A stretch of DNA of 50,537 nt from Oscillospiraceae bacterium (GTDB lineage Bacteria > Bacillota > Clostridia > Clostridiales > Clostridiaceae). The notes below the pieces were generated by a model. The model ran no database searches and was not told the DNA's origin. It saw only the letters and a list, made by a program, of their open reading frames with translations. The stretch lies in NCBI GenBank assembly GCA_009785875.1, contig WQUF01000185.1, positions 1-50,537 on the forward strand. The letters are read 5' to 3'. Positions within the stretch are counted from its first letter, which is position 1. Every line of letters starts with the position of its first letter. The translations under genes and the position numbers were made by a program. Positions 9,163 to 18,381 of the stretch are shown here, piece by piece.

Positions 9163-10053
9163 ATGAATGCTTTAAGGGATCAAGTAGGTAATCAAATTTC
9201 TAACGCATTTACTGGTTTTGACGATATGATACAAAATTCTAGCACAGTATTAGGGCATGGTCTTGATTCTTTTGACCAAGCCGTAACCCTATCAAATACA
9301 ATTGCAAATCCTTTTTGTGATATTCTTATTGCTATTTGCATTTTAATCGAAATTGCGCAAGTGGCTTCCAAAGTAGATGTTATAAAATGGGAACATGGAC
9401 TTAAACTACTCGTAAAAATGGTCTTCGCAAAACTTTGTATAAATATTGTCCCTCACTTACTTTTAGCTTGCTATCTACAAGCAGGTAAATGGATAGACGA
9501 CTTAGGTAATATGACAATAGGCAGTGATGTAATGAATTTAGGTTCAACAGCCAATGACCAAATAAGTGGTCTTCTGACCAAAGTAAAGAGTTTTTGGGCA
9601 ATTATTGGACTATTTCTATCAGTTTTTATTGTTGTATTAGCCATTAAGATTTGTGGCTTAGTAGTCTCTGTAATGGCGTTTGGACGTATGTTTGAACTCT
9701 ATGTTTATGTTGTGATATCGCCTCTGCCATGCGCTTTTCTACCTTTAGGGAATGGTGATGGAACTGGTTTCAGCCATCTTACAGCAAAGTTTTTTAGAGG
9801 TTTTGGAGCTGTGTGCTTACAAGGTGTTATGATGCTAATTTGCCTTAAAATATTCGGATTACTAATGTCGGCAGCGGTGAATACGGCTATTCAAGCAGGT
9901 GTAAAGGCTACTGAAGCTGCAAATGCCCCTGCGTCGGCGTATACGGTTGCGGTGGGTGACTTATGTTTTGCGCTTCTACTAGCATGTATTGTTCTTGTAA
10001 TGTCACTGGTAAAATGCGGAGGATGGGCAAAGAGTGTACTTGACGTAGGATAA
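9163..10053 (+). CDS. VirB6/TrbL-like polytopic membrane protein
   Basis: At least five long hydrophobic helices. Position between the pilin-like and VirB4 genes. Confidence 0.55.
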   Translation: MNALRDQVGNQISNAFTGFDDMIQNSSTVLGHGLDSFDQAVTLSNTIANPFCDILIAICILIEIAQVASKVDVIKWEHGLKLLVKMVFAKLCINIVPHLLLACYLQAGKWIDDLGNMTIGSDVMNLGSTANDQISGLLTKVKSFWAIIGLFLSVFIVVLAIKICGLVVSVMAFGRMFELYVYVVISPLPCAFLPLGNGDGTGFSHLTAKFFRGFGAVCLQGVMMLICLKIFGLLMSAAVNTAIQAGVKATEAANAPASAYTVAVGDLCFALLLACIVLVMSLVKCGGWAKSVLDVG

Positions 10054-10108
10054 TTGTAATAGCTTACAAATAGCGCATTCGTGTTATTTGCATAAAGGAG
10101 GTTTTTTT

Positions 10109-13100
10109 TTGATATCTGTAAGAATTCCTGATGAAATAAGGAAATATAAGGAGAAAATACTGTTCGGGCTAAATGCACGTCAATTAGTTGCAACTGTCCT
10201 AACATTTCTTATATGCGTTCCACTATATTATTTCGGAAAAAAATATATATCAGAAGATATACTGTCATGGCTTATTATCATTATTGCTGTTCCTCTAATT
10301 TCTATCGGTTTTTTTAAATTCAATGGTATGCCTATGGAAAAATTCATCATTGAAGTATTAAAATTTGAACTTTTATTTCCACAAAAAAGAAGATATAAGG
10401 TTGAAAATGCTTTTAAAGAGTGGGAGAGAAAAGCAGATAAGGAATTAGCTCCTAAATCTTTTTTAGATAAGATTAAATATAAAAGATATCTCGAAGAAGC
10501 GAGCCTTGAAAAAATTTTAATGATGGAAAAAGCAGAAAAAAGAGGCGACACTGATTATAACTTAAAAGATTTTAAGCCAATCACTGTTAATAAAAGTTGG
10601 AGCCATAATCCTAAAAAAAATAATAATAAGAAAGATAAAAAGAACAAGACTAAAAAGAAAACCGTACTTCAAAAAAAGGCAGAACAAATTGAAAAAAAGA
10701 AGGATAAAGACCCTCTATATAAACTAACAAATGAAGAAATTAAAGTAATGAAAAAATGGAATGCGAAAAAACTCGAATTAAAGAAAAAAGAAATTAATGA
10801 AGAAAAAAAGATTGTAAGAAAAAAATCTAATGTAATGAAAAAACGCAGGAATGCAAAAACCACCATTCCACGAACAACACAACAAACAATACCATTTTTA
10901 GCAGACTACGATGAGGGACTATTTGAGGTAAGAGCGAATAAATTCAGTAAACTCTATAAGCTCAAAGATATAAATTATAGAACATCCAAGGAAGATGAAC
11001 AGGTTACTATATTCGTTAAGCTCACAGAGTTTTTAAATTATTTCTCGGAGGATATGAATTTCGCTTTTGTAATTGACAATAGAGTTATTTCAAAGGATAT
11101 GCAAGAGCGTAAAATATTTTTTAAAGAAACAGGAGATAAATACGATAGACACCGCAAGGAGTACAATGGCATATTAAGAAGACAAATAATGGCAGGGCGT
11201 AACGACATACAAATTGAAAAATTTCTTACGATTACGATTGACGCAAATTCACCTATCGAAGCATTATTGAGATTTCATAAAATAGATGATGAGATTATTG
11301 CAAACTTGAGAAAAATTGGCTCTGACGCTGTAGTTGTCTCTACTACTGACCGCCTTTCTTACTATCACGATAAATTTAGGAAGGGCAAAGAAGGAGAATT
11401 TCAAATTGATTATGATTTTATCAAATCACAGGGGATAAGTAGCAAGGATTATATCGCACCTACTTTTTTCAGATTTGAAAATAAGCATTTTCAAATAGAG
11501 GATGACTTTTATAGGGTTATGTTTCTTAATAATCTTCCAAAAAGTCTATCAGATGAAGTTCTTTTCGATTTATGTGATAACTCTTTTCCAGTTACAACGA
11601 GCATTTCAATACAACCTGTTTCACAGGATAAGGGTTTGAAAATTGTTCAAAGGCAATTAACTGGAATTTTAACGAACAAAATGGACGCAGAAAAACGTGC
11701 TATACGTGGAGGTTATAGTCCAGAAAGTATTCAACATTCCATAATAGACGCTCATAAACAGGCGGAAGAGTTATATGACGATATGCTTAATAAATCACAA
11801 AAAATGTTTTTTGTGACTATTACATTTATGATTCATGGTTCAACCTTAGATGAACTAAATGAAAATTGTAAAATTATTGAGAGTAAGGCAAGAAAATATA
11901 CATCTCAATTACAAACCTTAACAATGCAGCAGGAGGAAGGTTTTAAAATAACGCTTCCGTTTGGCTACACGCCACAATCTGTTGGGGTAGAAAGAACATT
12001 GACATCAGAGTCCACGGCTATTTTTATGCCGTTCTCAAATCAAGAGCTGTTTCAACCTGCCGGTTTTTTCTATGGACTCAATCAAATAAGCAGGAATCTA
12101 GTTGTAATCAATCGAACTCAGATGAAAACTCCATCTGGATTTGTATTGGGAACTTCTGGTTCGGGAAAATCATTTCAGACAAAAAAAGAGATTTTACAGG
12201 TCATTTTAAGTGACTCAAATACGGGGGTTTTGATAATAGATCCTGAGAACGAATATGGAGATTTCAGCCGTGCTTTCGATGGAACAGTATTAAAAATAAG
12301 TGCGGACAGCAATAATTACATAAATCCTTTAGATATGGGGATGGATTATGGATTAGACGAAGACGACCCTCCTGATACACCGATATCTGTTAAGAAAGAT
12401 AAAGCTCTGAAAAAAAAGAGCGATTATATAATGTCAATTATTGAGAGAATGATTTGTAATGGAAATAATGCTGATTTTTCCTCAATTACTCCTGTTCAAA
12501 AAACTATTGTTGACCGTTGTGTATCTAATTGCTATCGAAAATATTTTGAAAGTGATTTTGACACTCAATATTTACCGACTCTCTTAGATTTGCAAAATGA
12601 ACTTGATAAGGAAAAAAGCACGGAGGAAGGAAGACTTCTAGCAAATGGTGTTGAGTATTATACACGAGGGAGCATGAATATTTTCGCTCATAAAACAAAT
12701 GTTGCAATCGAAAACCGTTTGGTTGTTTTCAATGTCAGAGATTTAGGGGAACAGCTAAGACAAATAGGGCTAATTATAATTTTCGACTTCATATGGAACA
12801 GAATGATAAATAATAAAAATCGTGGAGTTAGAACATATTGCTATGCAGATGAAATCCATGTGATGTTTAACTCATTTTATTCAGCAAATTTTTTAAAACA
12901 ATTATACAAACGTGGTCGTAAATACGGTCTTTGTATCACTGGTTTAACTCAAAACGTCGAAGACTTGTTGAGGTCAGAACAGGCAAGAGGCATGATTGGA
13001 AATTCAGACTTTATCATGATGTTAAACCAGAATTCAGAAGATTTAAAAATATTAGCAAGTATGCTCAATATATCAGAAACACTTATGGGCTTTGTAAAAG

Positions 13101-13927
13101 GAGCTGATGTCGGGTCGGGACTCATATTTGCAGAAAAGGTTACTGTCCCTTTCGTCGATAGGTTCCCACTGGACAGCTATTTATATCCTCTAATGTCTAC
13201 GAAATTTGGTGAAGATATGTCGAAGAAAGAAATAGACGAAAAAATTAGACAAATCATGTATGATGAACAAGAAAGTAATGATGTGAATTTTGACTCAGAA
13301 ACAGAAGTTCAAATGCAAGAAATAAAACTTAACTCTGATAATTTAAATTATCATTCAATACCAGAAGAAAATTTAAATAATCAATATGAAAGACCTTTGA
13401 TAGAGAGTTTTTCAAAGCAGCATATAAATACACATCAAGAGAATTTCTATTCAAATAGTAGAACTAATTATAATGTTCAACAACGGGAAAATGAAATAGC
13501 GTTGAATGAAAAAGAAGCGGAAGAAATTTTAAACAATCTATTAATGAATTATGAAGATAATTCATATTCAAATGAAAGCCTTAGATATAGGGCAGAACTG
13601 ATAGAAAATGTCAAAAAAAATCAATCAGTCTTAAACCCACAAAAACTCAATATATACGATAGTAATATGTATGAAGTTTATCCTAATGAAAATGAAACCA
13701 AAAAGCAAATTGAAAATTATAGTTTTGATAGATTTTATTCTAAGGATAATCCATTTCATCAAATCCTAAAGGATGATGTAACTTTTTTCGAAGAATTTGG
13801 TAAAGACATGCCTTCGAAGTCATCTATTAATCAAGATGAAATAAAACCTAAAGAAGAACACAGTTTTGATTTAAACAATAATTCAAAAATAGATGAGATA
13901 CTAAAAGAACTTAGACAATATAAATAG
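10109..13927 (+). CDS. virB4: PrgI(VirB3-like)::VirB4 ATPase fusion protein
   Basis: TTG 10109 lies 7 nt after AAAGGAGG (the ORF-track start 10088 lies over the RBS). IPDEIRKYKEKILFGLNARQL plus two TM helices is PrgI-like. Walker A GTSGSGKSF and Walker B YCYADEIH are VirB4/PrgJ-like. Confidence 0.85.
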   Translation: MISVRIPDEIRKYKEKILFGLNARQLVATVLTFLICVPLYYFGKKYISEDILSWLIIIIAVPLISIGFFKFNGMPMEKFIIEVLKFELLFPQKRRYKVENAFKEWERKADKELAPKSFLDKIKYKRYLEEASLEKILMMEKAEKRGDTDYNLKDFKPITVNKSWSHNPKKNNNKKDKKNKTKKKTVLQKKAEQIEKKKDKDPLYKLTNEEIKVMKKWNAKKLELKKKEINEEKKIVRKKSNVMKKRRNAKTTIPRTTQQTIPFLADYDEGLFEVRANKFSKLYKLKDINYRTSKEDEQVTIFVKLTEFLNYFSEDMNFAFVIDNRVISKDMQERKIFFKETGDKYDRHRKEYNGILRRQIMAGRNDIQIEKFLTITIDANSPIEALLRFHKIDDEIIANLRKIGSDAVVVSTTDRLSYYHDKFRKGKEGEFQIDYDFIKSQGISSKDYIAPTFFRFENKHFQIEDDFYRVMFLNNLPKSLSDEVLFDLCDNSFPVTTSISIQPVSQDKGLKIVQRQLTGILTNKMDAEKRAIRGGYSPESIQHSIIDAHKQAEELYDDMLNKSQKMFFVTITFMIHGSTLDELNENCKIIESKARKYTSQLQTLTMQQEEGFKITLPFGYTPQSVGVERTLTSESTAIFMPFSNQELFQPAGFFYGLNQISRNLVVINRTQMKTPSGFVLGTSGSGKSFQTKKEILQVILSDSNTGVLIIDPENEYGDFSRAFDGTVLKISADSNNYINPLDMGMDYGLDEDDPPDTPISVKKDKALKKKSDYIMSIIERMICNGNNADFSSITPVQKTIVDRCVSNCYRKYFESDFDTQYLPTLLDLQNELDKEKSTEEGRLLANGVEYYTRGSMNIFAHKTNVAIENRLVVFNVRDLGEQLRQIGLIIIFDFIWNRMINNKNRGVRTYCYADEIHVMFNSFYSANFLKQLYKRGRKYGLCITGLTQNVEDLLRSEQARGMIGNSDFIMMLNQNSEDLKILASMLNISETLMGFVKGADVGSGLIFAEKVTVPFVDRFPLDSYLYPLMSTKFGEDMSKKEIDEKIRQIMYDEQESNDVNFDSETEVQMQEIKLNSDNLNYHSIPEENLNNQYERPLIESFSKQHINTHQENFYSNSRTNYNVQQRENEIALNEKEAEEILNNLLMNYEDNSYSNESLRYRAELIENVKKNQSVLNPQKLNIYDSNMYEVYPNENETKKQIENYSFDRFYSKDNPFHQILKDDVTFFEEFGKDMPSKSSINQDEIKPKEEHSFDLNNNSKIDEILKELRQYK

Positions 13928-13995
13928 CCTGAAAGATACTTTGCAATGATTTAAGAAGTTATAGACTTAAAAAATAGCATGAAAGGAGGGATAAA

Positions 13996-16953
13996 GTGGA
14001 GGAAAAATCTATAAAAACTGTAAAACCTACAAGTTTAATTAATTCTTCAAATGTAATAATTGGTGGTAAGACATATTCAAGTGCTGAAATAAAATCTATT
14101 GCAAAAGAGAAAATAAGCCAAGTACAGGCTTTCTCGAATGCTGAAAATAAAATGATTAAATCTACAGAAAATCAAACAAGCGTTATAAACACTATGACGG
14201 TATCAAATAGAGAAAAAAGTATAAATGTTTCAACTAATAGTATTGTTAATGTCTTTGATAAAAGCTCGACGAATTTATCGAATAGTAAAAGCAATAAAGT
14301 ACAAACACAGATTCAAAATGAACAAAATAACTCGACGAATATAATAAAAATTATTACAGGTGAAAATCTGATTCAAAAAAATCAAATTAATATACATAGT
14401 AATACAAGTGGTAATATAAATCAGAATAATGCAAATATCAAAACAAATGATAGCAATACTCAAAGTAACACGAATAATATAAACAATAATAATAATAAAA
14501 ATTCAAGTAAAACTCAGCCTGAAAAAAAACAGCCTAACAAAGTCTCAGCAACGTCACAGATTGCGAAAGATGTTGTCTATATTGGGAGTAAAGCTATTAA
14601 TTATGTTCAAGGAGCAATGCTAGGAAGTGGCGATTTAAGCGCACAGGTAGCAGGAGGTGCAATCGTCGCAGGTAAGTTAGGGTTTTATACCTTTAAAGTT
14701 GCTCAGAAAACCCCAAAAGCGATAAAAACTAGTTTTGATGTAACAAAAAAAGTAGGTGTAGGTATTTATAAAACGGGAAAAAACGCTATTGATGTTGTTA
14801 CAACTACAGGGCGTACTACACTTACTGTTGCAAATACACTGTATATTGCAAATCAATTAAAGAATCAACTTAATTTACCTGTAAGTCGAAAGGATTTTAC
14901 CAATATACTAAAAAGTCAAGCAGACATTACAAATCTTAATAAAACTGCTACTTCTAAAGCGATTATTAAAGGCGTTCAAAGTGTACAAAAGAAATTACAG
15001 ACCGTAAAAAAAGGATTATCACAGATAAAAACAGGTGCTATAAAGACAGCTACAGTTATTCGTGGCATGACTAATGGAACCATCCAAACTGCTGTTGTGG
15101 CTCGCTCTGTGTTATCTATAGCTAAGAGAGCAACTGTTAAGTTACTTAAAACAGGCGGTAAAGCTGTTGTTAAAGGCACTCTTAAAGGTTTAAAGGTTGC
15201 TACTCTTAAAGGTATACCGAAGCTTGCTAAAGTATCGGGCAAGGTTACAATGGGAGTCGGGAATGCCCTATCAAAGTCAGATGATATGGCACTTCAAGGA
15301 GTTGGACAGGCTTTAAAGGTTGGAACACAGGGTATAAAAACAGGGATACACACTACTAAGTTTGCATATAAGACTGTAAAAACAAGTGTCAAAGCAGGAT
15401 ATAGAACAGGTAAAGCAATATATAAGACAGTTTCATATATAAGAAACAAAGGATTAAAGGCAGCATGGCAAAAGGCAGGGCAAATGACGAGAAATGCATT
15501 TGCGAAAGCTGGCAAAAGTGTTGTGAATATGGCAATTAATCTTGTAAAACAGGCTGCTTCAAAAGTTATATTGCCAATTCTTATAATAGTTGTTGTCGTT
15601 GCTGTAGCCTCTGGTGCGGTTGCCGCTCCCTTGGGTGCGGTAGGTGGTGTTTTCGGCAGTGTGATAAGCATTTTTACAGGTAATGGTGATTCAGAAGATT
15701 TTGATGTCAAAGAATATCTGATGGGGAAGGTACCAGCTTTACGTAATCTATACATACAAGACCTTTCAGCTTATTTAAATAATCAATTTAAAGCAAATGG
15801 TGGTACTTATGATTTTGTAAGACTTTTTACAAATCAATCGTCAAATGAAGTAGATCGTGATATCGATAGTATAAATGCTGTATTTTATACAGAAGAAAAG
15901 ATAGTAGATATCATGGAACCAATTTTCAATGCTATCATCATGCAAAAGTATGAGTCTTCACCATCAGATATCGAGGCGCAAACTACTCTTGGTGAGATAT
16001 TTGGAAACATGTTTTCACGAAACGAAGAAGCTGTTACTGAATGGTGCGGTGAGGACGCTGATGGAACTACTTATCCTCATAGTTGTGGACATATACATGC
16101 GTTAAGTAATTGTCCAAATAAGGTGTCAGGCGTTCATACAAGCTATACTTGCTCATTATGTGATTCGAGAGAAACGCATATTTCAACAACAATTGATGAA
16201 GAAGGTAATACTAGAGAATCATCGACGAGTACGTTTCATTGTAGTGGATATTCATATTGTGGTGGTCACAGTGTTTTAAAACTCACTTTATCTATGGATG
16301 GCACTTACAAATTGTTAAAGAAATATTTTACTGACCCTATTGATAAATTAGCCAATAAAACAAATCGTACAGACGATGAAGAAGAAGAACTCGATAATCT
16401 TAAATCTTATTATGAAATTTGCCAACAAATGATGAGATTAAATGGAGGGGCTGTAGGTGGATTTAATGGTTCTATGACTGTTGCAGACCTTGGCAATATT
16501 AACTGGGTCGAAGGTACAAGATTAGGTAATAGTGAAATTATTGACCTTGGCTTAACTCAAGTTGGACAAGTCGGTGGACAGCCTTATTGGAGTTGGTATG
16601 GCTTCGATTCTAGGGTAGAATGGTGTGCGTGCTTTGTGAATTGGTGTTTTTACATGAATGGCGATGACGAGTTGTATGGTCATTCTGATAATAATGCTTA
16701 TTGTCCGTCCATGGTAAATTATTTTAAAAGTCGTGGAATATGGGAAAACGGGGGCTATACAGACCTTACGTCAGGCGATGTTATCCTTTTTGATTGGGAG
16801 CAAGATGGAATAGCAGACCATATTGGAATTGTGATTGGCAGGGACGAAAACAATGTGTATACAGTAGAGGGCAATAGTGGCGATGAAGCAAGAGTATACA
16901 GCTATAACTTAAATAGTAATGTTATTTTAGGTTACGGTCTGATATACAACTAA
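13996..16953 (+). CDS. T4SS-associated cell-wall hydrolase with C-terminal CHAP domain
   Basis: GTG after GAAAGGAGGG. C-terminus has VEWCACFVNWCF ... DHIGIV ... EGNSGD (CHAP Cys/His pattern). One TM helix (ILPILIIVVVVAVASGAVAAPLGAV). Cys/His-rich segment. N-terminal low-complexity regions. Confidence 0.8.
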   Translation: MEEKSIKTVKPTSLINSSNVIIGGKTYSSAEIKSIAKEKISQVQAFSNAENKMIKSTENQTSVINTMTVSNREKSINVSTNSIVNVFDKSSTNLSNSKSNKVQTQIQNEQNNSTNIIKIITGENLIQKNQINIHSNTSGNINQNNANIKTNDSNTQSNTNNINNNNNKNSSKTQPEKKQPNKVSATSQIAKDVVYIGSKAINYVQGAMLGSGDLSAQVAGGAIVAGKLGFYTFKVAQKTPKAIKTSFDVTKKVGVGIYKTGKNAIDVVTTTGRTTLTVANTLYIANQLKNQLNLPVSRKDFTNILKSQADITNLNKTATSKAIIKGVQSVQKKLQTVKKGLSQIKTGAIKTATVIRGMTNGTIQTAVVARSVLSIAKRATVKLLKTGGKAVVKGTLKGLKVATLKGIPKLAKVSGKVTMGVGNALSKSDDMALQGVGQALKVGTQGIKTGIHTTKFAYKTVKTSVKAGYRTGKAIYKTVSYIRNKGLKAAWQKAGQMTRNAFAKAGKSVVNMAINLVKQAASKVILPILIIVVVVAVASGAVAAPLGAVGGVFGSVISIFTGNGDSEDFDVKEYLMGKVPALRNLYIQDLSAYLNNQFKANGGTYDFVRLFTNQSSNEVDRDIDSINAVFYTEEKIVDIMEPIFNAIIMQKYESSPSDIEAQTTLGEIFGNMFSRNEEAVTEWCGEDADGTTYPHSCGHIHALSNCPNKVSGVHTSYTCSLCDSRETHISTTIDEEGNTRESSTSTFHCSGYSYCGGHSVLKLTLSMDGTYKLLKKYFTDPIDKLANKTNRTDDEEEELDNLKSYYEICQQMMRLNGGAVGGFNGSMTVADLGNINWVEGTRLGNSEIIDLGLTQVGQVGGQPYWSWYGFDSRVEWCACFVNWCFYMNGDDELYGHSDNNAYCPSMVNYFKSRGIWENGGYTDLTSGDVILFDWEQDGIADHIGIVIGRDENNVYTVEGNSGDEARVYSYNLNSNVILGYGLIYN

Positions 16954-16957
16954 AAAT

Positions 16958-16972
16958 AACTCACGGTGAGTT
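16958..16972. repeat. Dispersed palindrome copy 4, AACTCAC-G-GTGAGTT
   Basis: Read directly. Lies between stop 16953 and ATG 16975. Its right arm GGTGAG is the only SD-like sequence for the next gene. Confidence 0.95.
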
Positions 16973-16974
16973 TA

Positions 16975-18222
16975 ATGAAAGGGGCTTTATTTTTGAAAAA
17001 AGGAGTTTTTATATCGACATTATTATCACTTAGTATTCTTTATATAGTGTTTTCCTGTTCAACAGCTTTTGCAAATGATGTTTTTACTCAAAATTCTCAA
17101 GAAGGTTCAATAGTAAAACCTCCCACTGGTGGGAATGTAGAGTATAGCTATTTAAGCTTTAATGTTACAGATAAGACAAATGGCGAATATATAGACGATA
17201 TAAAAGTAGTTTTAAAAGATATTGCAGCAGGGAATACATATGAAATAGTCCTTGGGAAAGATATTGATTATACAAATATAACCAGTGTGCTTGCCAATAC
17301 TACATATAAGATTACCCTAGAATATCCGCATTCTAATGAATTTATCGTTTGTAATTCTGACGGTACGGTTATTGATAAATTTGGTGCTACTGTTGATGGG
17401 TATGTTTTTGATTGGATTGTAAAAAGCATTTCAGATACACAGGCAAATACAACAGCAAAAATTACTGAGGTATCTAATAGTAAGGCTGATGATTCTACTG
17501 TTAAAGACGGGGAAACTCTTTTTAAAGAGTTTTGTGGTTTAATGGAAAAAACTGAAAGTGATACTCATTGGAGTAATTTTTATAGTGTTTATGACGTATA
17601 TAAATATACTGAATCAAAACAGTATGCTACAGTATGCAAGGGTGATACCTCCGATTGGCTTAAACTAAGCGATTTTGATAAATCCATATGGTATGAAACA
17701 TATATAAGGTTATGCAATTGTATCGAGCTATCTGACTATGACTATTTTTTTGGTAGCGATGGCAACTTCTTAAACAATACTATAAATAATACATATCATA
17801 ATTTAACACTATTTGGGGACGGCTCACAGGCTGAAGCATATAAATCGTTAATGCTTTGGCAGTACAACTATTTTTTAATAAACGCCAAATTCTATGATTT
17901 TGTGACTAATTTAAATTATATACAAATCAATAAAGATTCTACTTCAAAAAAAGTTATTTCACAGAATCAAGAACAAGTAAACGTAACAGATTCACAAACA
18001 CAATCACAAACGCAAATTCAAGAAGGTATAAAAGAGACGGTTAAAGATATTTTCACAGGAAATCCTATCCAAAGTAATCCTGATAAGAATATTTGGGGGA
18101 AAACGGGTGAGGTAATTAAATCAAATATTACTACAATTATTATTTTTATTGTTTTGAGTAGTATTTTAGGTGGAGTAATGCTTTATCGAAAGCGAAAAAC
18201 AATTGAAGATGAAGATGAGTAA
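16975..18222 (+). CDS. Secreted, C-terminally membrane-anchored surface protein (paralogue of the C-terminal part of 18382..21810)
   Basis: ATG 16975 preferred over GTG 16966. Signal peptide (ISTLLSLSILYIVFSCSTAFA). C-terminal TM ITTIIIFIVLSSILGGVMLY followed by RKRKTIEDEDE. Shares two conserved blocks with the next gene. Confidence 0.7.
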   Translation: MKGALFLKKGVFISTLLSLSILYIVFSCSTAFANDVFTQNSQEGSIVKPPTGGNVEYSYLSFNVTDKTNGEYIDDIKVVLKDIAAGNTYEIVLGKDIDYTNITSVLANTTYKITLEYPHSNEFIVCNSDGTVIDKFGATVDGYVFDWIVKSISDTQANTTAKITEVSNSKADDSTVKDGETLFKEFCGLMEKTESDTHWSNFYSVYDVYKYTESKQYATVCKGDTSDWLKLSDFDKSIWYETYIRLCNCIELSDYDYFFGSDGNFLNNTINNTYHNLTLFGDGSQAEAYKSLMLWQYNYFLINAKFYDFVTNLNYIQINKDSTSKKVISQNQEQVNVTDSQTQSQTQIQEGIKETVKDIFTGNPIQSNPDKNIWGKTGEVIKSNITTIIIFIVLSSILGGVMLYRKRKTIEDEDE

Positions 18223-18351
18223 AAAAACATTCATTTAGGTGGTATACAAACTATCTGCTATTAAGAGCCTTACAAAAAAATTCTTAATTGCATTGATGAA
18301 CAGTCTTTTTATTTTAAGGTCATTATTTGCTACATAGTTAAATTAAAAAAG

Positions 18352-18366
18352 AACTCACGGTGAGTT
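18352..18366. repeat. Dispersed palindrome copy 5, AACTCAC-G-GTGAGTT
   Basis: Read directly. 15 nt upstream of ATG 18382. Confidence 0.95.
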
Positions 18367-18381
18367 GAAAGGGGTATACAA

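Noticed and set aside
14976-15755. Minus-strand ORFs 14976..15242 and 15294..15755 inside the CHAP hydrolase gene
   Set aside because: They are antisense to the locally GC-richer K/T/G/A-rich coding region, which suppresses stop codons on the opposite strand. There is no RBS or family signal.
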